DNA from: Candidatus Latescibacterota bacterium
GTDB taxonomy: Bacteria > Latescibacterota > UBA2968 > UBA8231
NCBI GenBank assembly: GCA_965203175.1
Contig: OZ241867.1
Span: 4,576,001-4,640,000, forward strand
Direction of reading: 5' to 3'
DNA: 64,000 nucleotides
Part shown: positions 29,601 to 38,070 of the stretch, in pieces
Layout of the letters: each line of letters begins with the position of its first letter
Position numbering within the stretch: position 1 is the first letter of the stretch
The notes under the pieces: generated by a model
Seen by the model: the letters and a program-made list of their open reading frames with translations, nothing else
Databases searched by the model: none
Told to the model about the DNA's origin: nothing
Program-made: the position numbers and the translations under genes

Positions 29601-32600
29601 ACGCATACCCCTCGCTCTCAGCAGCATACGTCGCATCCGCCGACAGCGTACCTGAAATCGTCCGCGTCGCGCTATCATAGCTCAGACCCTCCGGCAACTC
29701 CCCAGCCAACTCATACGTCACCTCGCCGTTGCCACCCGAAGCCGAAGGCAACACCCAAGGATCGATCGTCTGCCCTTCGGCAAAGGTGACCTGACTTGAC
29801 ACGGTTTCGTCAAAGCGAGGGATACCATCCACCCGAATCGTGAACACCAACGGGGCCGGCTCTTCGCCATCGACATCCGCCACCCGATACGTCACCGTAT
29901 ATCCGTCAAAGGTATACCACGCAAACTCCGGCGGCGTACCCGAAATCGTCCGAGTCCCCGGATCAAACGACAGCCCCGCAGGCAACTCCCCATCCAAGCG
30001 ATACGTCCTCGCCACATTCCCACCTTCCGCCTCCGGCAACTCCAAGCTCACCGCCTCGCCCGCCGTATACGGCTGATCGTCCTGCTCCTGGACGAAGCTG
30101 GGGATGCCATTCACCCGAATCGAGAAGGTCAACGTCACAGTATCGCCATCCACATCCGTCACCCGATACGTGAACCCATAGGACTCATCATACGTCACAT
30201 CCGTCGGCGGCGTACCTGAAATCGTCCGCGCCACGCCATCAAACGAAAGACCCGCAGGCAACTCCCCTTCCAACGTATACGTCAAACCGTTATTCCCACC
30301 GACCGCTTCCGGCAAACCTAAGCTCACCTCATTGCCCGCCTCATACAACTGGTCGTCTACAACCTGAGCGTGGAAGCTGGGCATACCATGTATCACAATC
30401 GTGAATTCCAAAACGGCCGGCGCATCGCCATCCTGATCCGTCACCTGATACGTCAACGCATACCCCTCGCTCTCAGCAGCATACGTCGCATCCGCCGACA
30501 GCGTACCTGAAATCGTCCGCGTCGCGCTATCATAGCTCAGACCCTCCGGCAACTCCCCAGCCAACTCATACGTCACCTCGCCGTTGCCACCCGAAGCCGA
30601 AGGCAACACCCAAGGATCGATCGTCTGCCCTTCGGCAAAGGTGACCTGACTTGACACGGTTTCGTCAAAGCGAGGGATACCATCCACCCGAATCGTGAAC
30701 ACCAACGGGGCCGGCTCTTCGCCATCGACATCCGCCACCCGATACGTCACCGTATATCCGTCAAAGGTATACCACGCAAACTCCGGCGGCGTACCCGAAA
30801 TCGTCCGAGTCCCCGGATCAAACGACAGCCCCGCAGGCAACTCCCCATCCAAGCGATACGTCCTCGCCACATTCCCACCTTCCGCCTCCGGCAACTCCAA
30901 GCTCACCGCCTCGCCCGCCGTATACGGCTGATCGTCCTGCTCCTGGACGAAGCTGGGGATGCCATTCACCCGAATCGAGAAGGTCAACGTCACAGTATCG
31001 CCATCCACATCCGTCACCCGATACGTGAACCCATAGGACTCATCATACGTCACATCCGTCGGCGGCGTACCTGAAATCGTCCGCGCCACGCCATCAAACG
31101 AAAGACCCGCAGGCAACTCCCCTTCCAACGTATACGTCAAACCGTTATTCCCACCGACCGCTTCCGGCAAACCTAAGCTCACCTCATTGCCCGCCTCATA
31201 CAACTGGTCGTCTACAACCTGAGCGTGGAAGCTGGGCATACCATGCACCACGATCGTGAATTCCAAAACGGCCGGCGCATCGCCATCCTGATCCGTCACC
31301 TGATACGTCAACGCATACCCCTCGCTCTCAGCAGCATACGTCGCATCCGCCGACAGCGTACCTGAAATCGTCCGCGTCGCGCTATCATAGCTCAGACCCT
31401 CCGGCAACTCCCCAGCCAACTCATACGTCACCTCGCCGTTGCCACCCGAAGCCGAGGGCAACACCCAAGGATCGATCGTCTGCCCTTCGGCAAAAGTGAC
31501 TTGACTCGACACGGCTTCGTCAAAGCGAGGGATACCATCCACCCGAATCGTGAACACCAACGGGGCCGGCTCTTCGCCATCGACATCCGCCACCCGATAC
31601 GTCACCGTATACCCGTCAAAGGTATACCACGCAAACTCCGGCGGCGTACCCGAAATCGTCCGAGTCCCCGGATCAAACGACAGCCCCGCAGGCAACTCCC
31701 CATCCAAGCGATACGTCCTCGCCACATTCCCACCTTCCGCCTCCGGCAACTCCAAGCTCACCGCCTCGCCCGCCGTATACGGCTGGTCGTCCTGCTCCCG
31801 GACGAAGCTGGGGATGCCATTCACCCGAATCGAGAAGGTCAACGTCACAGTATCGCCATCCACATCCGTCACCCGATACGTGAACCCATAGGACTCATCA
31901 TACGTCACATCCGTCGGCGGCGTACCTGAAATCGTCCGCGCCACGCCATCAAACGAAAGACCCGCAGGCAACTCCCCTTCCAACGTATACGTCAAACCGT
32001 TATTCCCACCGACCGCTTCCGGCAAACCTAAGCTCACCTCATTGCCCGCCTCATACAACTGGTCGTCTATGACCTGAGCGTGGAAGCTGGGCATACCATG
32101 CACCACGATCGTGAATTCCAAAACGGCCGGCGCATCGCCATCCTGATCCGTCACCTGATACGTCAACGCATACCCCTCGCTCTCAGCAGCATACGTCGCA
32201 TCCGCCGACAGCGTACCTGAAATCGTCCGCGTCGCGCTATCATAGCTCAGACCCTCCGGCAACTCCCCAGCCAACTCATACGTCACCTCGCCGTTGCCAC
32301 CCGAAGCCGAGGGCAACACCCAAGGATCGATCGTCTGCCCTTCGGCAAAAGTGACTTGACTCGACACGGCTTCGTCAAAGCGGGGGATACCATCCACCCG
32401 AATCGTGAACACCAACGGGGCCGGCTCTTCGCCATCGACATCCGCCACCCGATACGTCACCGTATACCCGTCAAAGGTATACCACGCAAACTCCGGCGGC
32501 GTACCCGAAATCGTCCGAGTCCCCGGATCAAACGACAGCCCCGCAGGCAACTCCCCATCCAAGCGATACGTCCTCGCCACATTCCCACCTTCCGCCTCCG

Positions 32601-35064
32601 GCAACTCCAAGCTCACCGCCTCGCCCGCCGTATACGGCTGGTCGTCCTGCTCCCGGACGAAGCTGGGGATGCCATTCACCCGAATCGAGAAGGTCAACGT
32701 CACAGTATCGCCATCCACATCCGTCACCCGATACGTGAACCCATAGGACTCATCATACGTCACATCCGTCGGCGGCGTACCTGAAATCGTCCGCGCCACG
32801 CCATCAAACGAAAGACCCGCAGGCAACTCCCCTTCCAACGTATACGTCAAACCGTTATTCCCACCGACCGCCTCCGGCAAACCTAAGCTCACCTCATTGC
32901 CCGCCTCATACAACTGGTCGTCTATGACCTGAGCGTGGAAGCTGGGCATACCATGTATCACAATCGTGAATTCCAAAACGGCCGGCGCATCGCCATCCTG
33001 ATCCGTCACCTGATACGTCAACGCATACCCCTCGCTCTCAGCAGCATACGTCGCATCCGCCGACAGCGTACCTGAAATCGTCCGCGTCGCGCTATCATAG
33101 CTCAGACCCTCCGGCAACTCCCCAGCCAACTCATACGTCACCTCGCCGTTGCCACCCGAAGCCGAAGGCAACACCCAAGGATCGATCGTCTGCCCTTCGG
33201 CAAAGGTGACCTGACTTGACACGGTTTCGTCAAAGCGAGGGATACCATCCACCCGAATCGTGAACACCAACGGGGCCGGCTCTTCGCCATCGACATCCGC
33301 CACCCGATACGTCACCGTATATCCGTCAAAGGTATACCACGCAAACTCCGGCGGCGTACCCGAAATCGTCCGAGTCCCCGGATCAAACGACAGCCCCGCA
33401 GGCAACTCCCCATCCAAGCGATACGTCCTCGCCACATTCCCACCTTCCGCCTCCGGCAACTCCAAGCTCACCGCCTCGCCCGCCGTATACGGCTGGTCGT
33501 CCTGCTCCCGGACGAAGCTGGGGATGCCATTCACCCGAATCGAGAAGGTCAACGTCACAGTATCGCCATCCACATCCGTCACCCGATACGTAAACCCATA
33601 GGACTCATCATAGGTCACATCCGTCGGCGGCGTACCTGAAATCGTCCGCGCCACGCCATCAAACGAAAGACCCGCAGGCAACTCCCCTTCCAGGGTATAC
33701 GCCAACGCTACATTCCCACCTTCCGCCTCCGGCAGCTCTAAGCTCACCTCATTGCCCGCCTCGTACAGATGATCTTCCTCCTCCCGGACGAAGCTGGGCA
33801 TAGCAGCTATCACAATCGTGAAGGTCAACTCAGCCGAATCGCCATCGGAATCCTCCGCCCGATACGTGAACGGATATGACGCGTCATACAACACATCAGC
33901 CGGCGGCGAACCCGAAATCATCCGAGTCGCCGGATCAAACGACAGACCCGCAGGCAACTCCCCGATCAAGCTATACGTCAGAGCGTCGGTGGACCGACCC
34001 ACTGGCAACTCCCAAGGCTGTTTTATCTCTTCGCCTGCAGTAAAGGTTGTTTGACGCGCAGCGACCGCCGCGAAGGTCAGCTCCACATAGATCGTAAAGG
34101 TCAATTCCTCGGCGTCGCTCTCCTCCATATTGGTATCGGAATCTTCGACCCGGTAGGTCATTTCATACGTCCCGGCTATGGTCGGCGTACCCGAAAGCGT
34201 TCGAGCCTCGGCATCAAACACCAGACCCTCCGGCAACTCCCCGACCAAGCTAGTTGACACAGATGACAAGCTATATCTCGGAGGTTCCTCATACTCTCCC
34301 ACCGAAGCCGGAGGCAATTCCAGAACTCCTATATCATCGCCTGTCCGGTACGACTGATCAGGAATCGTCGCCCCCTCAAAGCTCGGCCTTGTATCGACTT
34401 CTAGCTCGAATGTCAACGTGGCCGTATCGCCGTCGGCATCCATTACTTCGTAAGTCATCAAGGAAATAGCCACTTCCGAAGGCGTACCCGAAAGCGTCCG
34501 CGACCCGGCATCAAACGCCAATCCCGGCGGCACAGGCCTTAAACTATAGGTCAAATCGCCGTTGCCACTCAAAGCCGCAGGTAATTCCAAAGCGTCTATC
34601 GCCACCCCGGCCGAGAACATCTGATCGGCAACCGTCGCACCGTCAAAACTCGGAGCTACATCCTCTTCTTCCACTGAAATATTGAATGTCAAGCTGGCCG
34701 TGGCACCATCGGCATCCGTCACTTCGTAGGCCATCAGGTAAAAGACCTTTTCCGGGAAGGTGACAACATCCGAAGGGGTGCCCGAAAGCGTCCGAGTCGC
34801 GGCATCAAACGCCAATCCCGGCGGCAAGGGACTCAGAGCATATGTCAAATCGCCACTGCCACCTGTAGCCTCAGGTAGCACCAGATCCCCTATCGCCACC
34901 CCGGCCTCGTACATCTGGTTGGCAACCGTCTCCCCTTCAAAGCTCAGCGCATCTTGGGCTTTGGCCTCCGAAGCCAACATCAAAGTAGCCGCCAGAAAGA
35001 GCATACTCAGGCCGAACAGCGATCTATTCCAAACAAGCTTGTTACTAACTACACACCCGCTCAT
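26683..35064 (-). CDS. Giant autotransporter adhesin with about 24 putative Ig (He_PIG-like) domains
   Basis: Signal peptide (…AKA), repeated LPxGLxFDxxxRTISGTP…YxVxDxDGD modules, C-terminal barrel (WGRGD…GLD…HPY…) ending in the beta-signal LLLRGRLVF. Confidence 0.9.
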   Translation of the reverse strand: MSGCVVSNKLVWNRSLFGLSMLFLAATLMLASEAKAQDALSFEGETVANQMYEAGVAIGDLVLPEATGGSGDLTYALSPLPPGLAFDAATRTLSGTPSDVVTFPEKVFYLMAYEVTDADGATASLTFNISVEEEDVAPSFDGATVADQMFSAGVAIDALELPAALSGNGDLTYSLRPVPPGLAFDAGSRTLSGTPSEVAISLMTYEVMDADGDTATLTFELEVDTRPSFEGATIPDQSYRTGDDIGVLELPPASVGEYEEPPRYSLSSVSTSLVGELPEGLVFDAEARTLSGTPTIAGTYEMTYRVEDSDTNMEESDAEELTFTIYVELTFAAVAARQTTFTAGEEIKQPWELPVGRSTDALTYSLIGELPAGLSFDPATRMISGSPPADVLYDASYPFTYRAEDSDGDSAELTFTIVIAAMPSFVREEEDHLYEAGNEVSLELPEAEGGNVALAYTLEGELPAGLSFDGVARTISGTPPTDVTYDESYGFTYRVTDVDGDTVTLTFSIRVNGIPSFVREQDDQPYTAGEAVSLELPEAEGGNVARTYRLDGELPAGLSFDPGTRTISGTPPEFAWYTFDGYTVTYRVADVDGEEPAPLVFTIRVDGIPRFDETVSSQVTFAEGQTIDPWVLPSASGGNGEVTYELAGELPEGLSYDSATRTISGTLSADATYAAESEGYALTYQVTDQDGDAPAVLEFTIVIHGMPSFHAQVIDDQLYEAGNEVSLGLPEAVGGNNGLTYTLEGELPAGLSFDGVARTISGTPPTDVTYDESYGFTYRVTDVDGDTVTLTFSIRVNGIPSFVREQDDQPYTAGEAVSLELPEAEGGNVARTYRLDGELPAGLSFDPGTRTISGTPPEFAWYTFDGYTVTYRVADVDGEEPAPLVFTIRVDGIPRFDEAVSSQVTFAEGQTIDPWVLPSASGGNGEVTYELAGELPEGLSYDSATRTISGTLSADATYAAESEGYALTYQVTDQDGDAPAVLEFTIVVHGMPSFHAQVIDDQLYEAGNEVSLGLPEAVGGNNGLTYTLEGELPAGLSFDGVARTISGTPPTDVTYDESYGFTYRVTDVDGDTVTLTFSIRVNGIPSFVREQDDQPYTAGEAVSLELPEAEGGNVARTYRLDGELPAGLSFDPGTRTISGTPPEFAWYTFDGYTVTYRVADVDGEEPAPLVFTIRVDGIPRFDEAVSSQVTFAEGQTIDPWVLPSASGGNGEVTYELAGELPEGLSYDSATRTISGTLSADATYAAESEGYALTYQVTDQDGDAPAVLEFTIVVHGMPSFHAQVVDDQLYEAGNEVSLGLPEAVGGNNGLTYTLEGELPAGLSFDGVARTISGTPPTDVTYDESYGFTYRVTDVDGDTVTLTFSIRVNGIPSFVQEQDDQPYTAGEAVSLELPEAEGGNVARTYRLDGELPAGLSFDPGTRTISGTPPEFAWYTFDGYTVTYRVADVDGEEPAPLVFTIRVDGIPRFDETVSSQVTFAEGQTIDPWVLPSASGGNGEVTYELAGELPEGLSYDSATRTISGTLSADATYAAESEGYALTYQVTDQDGDAPAVLEFTIVIHGMPSFHAQVVDDQLYEAGNEVSLGLPEAVGGNNGLTYTLEGELPAGLSFDGVARTISGTPPTDVTYDESYGFTYRVTDVDGDTVTLTFSIRVNGIPSFVQEQDDQPYTAGEAVSLELPEAEGGNVARTYRLDGELPAGLSFDPGTRTISGTPPEFAWYTFDGYTVTYRVADVDGEEPAPLVFTIRVDGIPRFDETVSSQVTFAEGQTIDPWVLPSASGGNGEVTYELAGELPEGLSYDSATRTISGTLSADATYAAESEGYALTYQVTDQDGDAPAVLEFTIVIHGMPSFHAQVVDDQLYEAGNEVSLGLPEAVGGNGALTYTLEGELPPDLSFDGAARTISGTLPADYLYLAEGYGLTYRVTDVDGDAVTLRFTIAVNGIPSFGDQVVEDQQYTVGEAVSLELPEAVGGNVALTYFLDGELPPGLAFNPTARTISGELSPNVSYSPEAYALTYRVADVDGEEPAPLTFTVSVNGMPFFEGAITNQWVPEGEEMAPLELPAALGGNGELTYSLSEENLPPGLAFDATSRTISGTPELHVSHPAEGYELTFRVEDQDGDSAELSFFLTVDGNPTFFDAVIEDRILRQNEAMDSWEFPAAAGGNGDLTYSLDMNVPGLSFDAAARTLSGTPTHTGVYRLVYQVEDQDGDSAELTFHITVDGAPSFSGDVANQTYIDGEAIEDLVLPLASGGNLLSLNPDGEVDFGELTYTLDNVPPGLTFDPNPMSPMLSGTPTEVGTYTLTYTAHDSDDNMTAEDAAILSFEVRVEESATDRFSELNKQILSKYALAIADGTNRAIENRLEHMDRAGDVNRSFSFAAESTLHDLIQSGRIFENRPVNMSQVVNGSSFAVPFGFGRGCVICPGSPTFWGRGDYGQMSSDDGSLDWEGNLSRAQIGLDARPGAEMLTGLALSWAQGSFDYTAPLLGEERVDGTYETRMLSLHPYVGFSPGRLGVWLTAGLGRGNLDIDDQQGTVGQQSSDTSLRTGSVGASGDLLSGGPTQLRIKAAATVAQVEVEGGAVENGQGNRIAEETVSANRLRLALKASHAYEAGMDGQVTPELEVALRQDGGDGLTGSGVEVGGGLRYEGGGFTLEAMGRSLVSDGNDEAEYKEWGAHLLLQRSAGTGGRGLSLRVMPTYGTQANSLTLWERSVAEIADRGVANAQGQLRAEVGYGLAALGGRGVYTVYSGMTQAPERMQLRLGTRFEVDSAMSVSLESSRWQRMAGASHGLLLRGRLVF
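29441..33715. repeat. Five near-identical 855-bp (285-aa, three Ig domains) tandem repeats inside the adhesin
   Basis: The same sequence recurs at 29441, 30296, 31151, 32006 and 32861, with few SNPs between copies. Confidence 0.97.
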
Positions 35065-35099
35065 AATTGACCCTCCAATGAGAGATTTAAGTTTTAAGT

Positions 35100-35177
35100 T
35101 TAAGTTGCAACTTTGTGCGCTAGACCGCCGCCTCGCCGCTCTAAGGCCGCAACCACCTCCATCACCACCCCACTCAT
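35100..35177 (-). CDS. Putative 25-aa upstream ORF in the adhesin leader
   Basis: GAGGGAGG RBS, then ATG, MSGVVMEVVAALERRGGGLAHKVAT*. Confidence 0.35.
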   Translation of the reverse strand: MSGVVMEVVAALERRGGGLAHKVAT

Positions 35178-35266
35178 GAATTCCTCCCTCTTAAGCGACC
35201 CTTACAACAATAGCTTAATTGAAGAGCGTGTAGAGAAGCCTGAGATCATTATTACGTACTCAATAC

Positions 35267-35295
35267 AAAATACGCATCTAATATCCAGGATGCAA
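35267..35295 (-). promoter_or_regulatory. Putative adhesin promoter
   Basis: TTGCAT-17 nt-TATTTT, overlapped by a GCATC-N10-GATGC inverted repeat. Confidence 0.4.
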
Positions 35296-35346
35296 GAGGT
35301 AGTTTCTGAACCATATGGCCTATCAGCACCTAGGCATGTAGAAAGG

Positions 35347-35817
35347 TCAAGATCTTGCAAAAAGAGGAAGATCTTGACGCAACTCGGCTTCCAATTTGGA
35401 GTGGCAAGAGGGACAAACCGAAATTAGATGTTCCAGCTTATTGGCCTCTACATTGGAAGAGAAACTGCGATAGGGGATCTTGTGATGCACGTCAAGCTGG
35501 CGCCCCAGTTCCTCTTCGCTGACTCCGCATACCTGACAAATGAAGCCATCGCGCGTCCGCGCCTTTAGCGCTTGGAGTTCCCAATTGGCCCCCCGCCTTT
35601 TGGAAGTCTCCCCTAAGCAAACCTCTAACGATGGCACAGCTTCTGTCCAATCACGGCGACAAGATGCATCGCAAAAATGCAACTGAGCTTGGCCCGCATA
35701 CCAAGCCGGAACCTCGATCTCTAGCCGACAGTATGCACAGTTCGTAGCAACCTGCTCATTGCCGCCAGCAGGACATCGCTCGCCAAAGTCAAACCCCATT
35801 TGATCGCTAGAAGACAT
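35347..35817 (-). CDS. HNH endonuclease with an N-terminal Cys4 zinc finger
   Basis: CAYC…FCDASC, RDGFICQVCG…LDVHHKIP…AN…LISVCPSCH. Confidence 0.88.
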   Translation of the reverse strand: MSSSDQMGFDFGERCPAGGNEQVATNCAYCRLEIEVPAWYAGQAQLHFCDASCRRDWTEAVPSLEVCLGETSKRRGANWELQALKARTRDGFICQVCGVSEEELGRQLDVHHKIPYRSFSSNVEANKLEHLISVCPSCHSKLEAELRQDLPLFARS

Positions 35818-35990
35818 GATAGACCACAGGGCTAATTTTTTTATACGAGATTCTAGTCCTTACCATATACTCTCGCCTCTTTTTGAAGCTACCTAACAAG
35901 GAGCCGAATTAAATAGCCTAGAAACCCCGCCTTGCCCCTTCTCCCCACTTTTATATATTTATTAAACGATTTTACCAAAGGAGCGCAAAA

Positions 35991-36245
35991 TTGCCCAAAC
36001 TCAAGTCTGCCAAAAAACACCAAGCCACTAGCGCCAAGGCCTACGCACGCAACCGCGTTCTTCGCTCGCGGATGCGCACGGCCCTTAAAAAAGTCCGTCA
36101 AGCTCCAGACAAAGCCTCGGCCGAGATCGCTCTACAGGCAGCGATTTCGACTGTCGACAGGACCACTAGCAAAGGTATCATTCACAAAAACACCGCTGCT
36201 CGCTACAAGTCGCGGCTGAGCCACCTCGTACAAACGATAGCTTAG
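35991..36245 (+). CDS. rpsT: 30S ribosomal protein S20
   Basis: KSAKK…RNR..RSRMRT..KK…KGIIHKNTAARYKSRL; AAGGAG RBS, TTG start. Confidence 0.96.
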   Translation: MPKLKSAKKHQATSAKAYARNRVLRSRMRTALKKVRQAPDKASAEIALQAAISTVDRTTSKGIIHKNTAARYKSRLSHLVQTIA

Positions 36246-36254
36246 TATTTCCCT

Positions 36255-37172
36255 TCATTCAAAGGCACGAGTACTCAAGTAGCGCAACCCGTTGTCGCAG
36301 AGGATAGTCGCGACTCGAGCAGTAGCCCCCAATTCTTGAGCAACTTGGACGGCGATATAAGCGTTGGCTCCTGCTGAAATCCCCACCAAAAGCCCCTCCT
36401 CTCGTGCCAAGCGGCGGGCCATTTCATAAGCGTCGTCGTCGGCGATGACTCGCACCTCGTCGATAACTTTGAGGTTGAGAACCGACGGAACAAAACCCGC
36501 ACCTATGCCCTCTATATAACTGAATCCAGCCTCTCCCCCTGAAAGCACAGGCGACCCAGCCGGCTCAACACCAATGACTCTCACTGCGGACAGAGCCTCC
36601 TTGAGTACCTCGCCGACTCCAGTCAATGACCCCCCGGTACCCACACCAGCCACAAAGGCATCAACTCGGCCATCTAACTGTTCCAAAATCTCACGGGCGG
36701 TCGTACGACGGTGTATCTCAGGGTTCGCGGCATTCATAAACTGCTGTGGCAAAAAGTAATCTGGGTTCTTGCGCTTGAGCTCAAGTGCCTTGTCGATAGC
36801 GCCGCGCATACCTTCGGCTGCTGGCGTCAACACAACTTCGGCACCATAAGCCTGCATCTGTAAGCGGCGCTCGCGGCTAGCCGTATCGAACATGGTGACA
36901 ATGAGCTTGTAGCCCTTGTAGGCAGCCACCATGGCCAAGCCAATGCCGGTATTGCCGCTAGTTGGCTCAATAATCGTGCCGCCCTCGACCAACAGCCCCT
37001 GCTCTTCGGCGGCTTCGATCATCGCCAGAGCGATGCGGTCCTTGACACTACCACCGGGATTGGTCGCTTCCAACTTGCCCCACACCTCGGCGGCATTCTC
37101 CCCGACGACTCGGCTGAGGCGGACCATAGGAGTGGCCCCGATTAACTCTAGCACATTGTGGGCGCGCTTCAT
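36255..37172 (-). CDS. cysK: Cysteine synthase A
   Basis: NPGGSVKDRIA, EPTSGNTGIG, GVGTGG, IEGIGAGFVP. Confidence 0.92.
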   Translation of the reverse strand: MKRAHNVLELIGATPMVRLSRVVGENAAEVWGKLEATNPGGSVKDRIALAMIEAAEEQGLLVEGGTIIEPTSGNTGIGLAMVAAYKGYKLIVTMFDTASRERRLQMQAYGAEVVLTPAAEGMRGAIDKALELKRKNPDYFLPQQFMNAANPEIHRRTTAREILEQLDGRVDAFVAGVGTGGSLTGVGEVLKEALSAVRVIGVEPAGSPVLSGGEAGFSYIEGIGAGFVPSVLNLKVIDEVRVIADDDAYEMARRLAREEGLLVGISAGANAYIAVQVAQELGATARVATILCDNGLRYLSTRAFE

Positions 37173-37212
37173 CCTGCACCGAACCTAACGCTAGCCACCT
37201 GTGCGACGGCCT

Positions 37213-37491
37213 TCAACTGCCGCCAGCAATGGCCGGGACGATGGAGACGCTATCGCCGTCGTTAAGGGGCGTGTCTTTTCCATCGAGGAAGCGAATATCT
37301 TCGTCGTTGACGAAGATATTAACGTAGCGACGTATCTCGCCGCCCTCATCAAGCAGTTTCTCGGCCAAACCCGTGTAAGTGTCTTCGAGTCCATCTACCA
37401 ACTGACTAATAGTCCCCGCCTCAAGTTCGACCTCGGCCTGATTGTGGGTCAATTTCCGCAACGGCGTGGGAATGTGAACAGTAACCGGCAT
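37213..37491 (-). CDS. MoaD/ThiS-family ubiquitin-like sulfur carrier (CysO-like), C-terminus GG-S
   Basis: VTVHIPTPLR…YVNIFVNDEDIRFL…TPL..GD.VSIVPAIAGGS*; GGAGG RBS. Confidence 0.92.
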   Translation of the reverse strand: MPVTVHIPTPLRKLTHNQAEVELEAGTISQLVDGLEDTYTGLAEKLLDEGGEIRRYVNIFVNDEDIRFLDGKDTPLNDGDSVSIVPAIAGGS

Positions 37492-37575
37492 TTCATCCTC
37501 CATGTGGTTAATTTAAGCGGCCCTGCCGCCTGCATTCTACTTATTCATTTCATTCATTATCCAATAGCGGTTTTA

Positions 37576-38070
37576 TTAAACTATTTCAACACCCGTTTCG
37601 ACGTAGCGATTACCGTCCCAAGCAAAACATTTGTAGCCTTGCACTTCCCGCTGGCTGCCTGCTTCTTCGCCGCATACTGAGAGCACCAGATACATCGCGT
37701 CTGGGTCGTCTGGATCGTCTCCCGCCTCTCGGCTGTTGAATATCCAAGTATGCCTCTCGTCTTCAGCCGAGAAATAGGCCGCGCAATCAATATGGGAATG
37801 GTAGCAACCCGAGATCCGGCCACCAGCCCTTTCGACCGCTTCCGCAATGAGTAGCTGTTCGCCTGCATCGATCAGATAAGCCGTGCTTGCATCCCGGGGA
37901 TAGTGCTTGGGATCTTCTTCGTGCCGCTGCTGCTGTACATTAGTACAAGCACGGACAGTGGTCATCCCACCCGGCACCTTCTCGACCAACAGACCGCAAC
38001 ACTCATGTGGGTACTCGGCCAAGGCTTGGGCGCAAATCCGTTCAAAATCTCTGCGGGCGACGCGCAGCAT
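37576..38070 (-). CDS. M67/JAB (JAMM) metallopeptidase, Mec-like
   Basis: YPHECCG and YHSH-x7-S-x2-D JAMM motif. Confidence 0.92.
   Translation of the reverse strand: MLRVARRDFERICAQALAEYPHECCGLLVEKVPGGMTTVRACTNVQQQRHEEDPKHYPRDASTAYLIDAGEQLLIAEAVERAGGRISGCYHSHIDCAAYFSAEDERHTWIFNSREAGDDPDDPDAMYLVLSVCGEEAGSQREVQGYKCFAWDGNRYVETGVEIV

Noticed and set aside
29840-33601. Repeated + strand ORFs (MNTNGAGSS…, MTRHGFVKA…) at 855-bp spacing
   Set aside because: They are antisense shadows of the adhesin repeats, with no RBS or independent coding signal.
29441-33715. Possible CRISPR array or DGR template/variable repeats
   Set aside because: The units are 855 bp, in frame and without unique spacers. 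The differences are not adenine-specific, and no cas or reverse transcriptase gene is present.
35347-35817. HNH as an IscB/Cas9/TnpB-like or intron-encoded homing nuclease
   Set aside because: It is only 156 aa, has no RuvC motifs, and has no flanking IS ends, intron or recognisable guide RNA.
37213-38070. Ubiquitin-like/JAB pair as an antiphage conjugation system (CBASS, Bil, Bub)
   Set aside because: No E1/E2 or cyclase gene is present, and the flanking cysteine synthases explain the pair as sulfur transfer.
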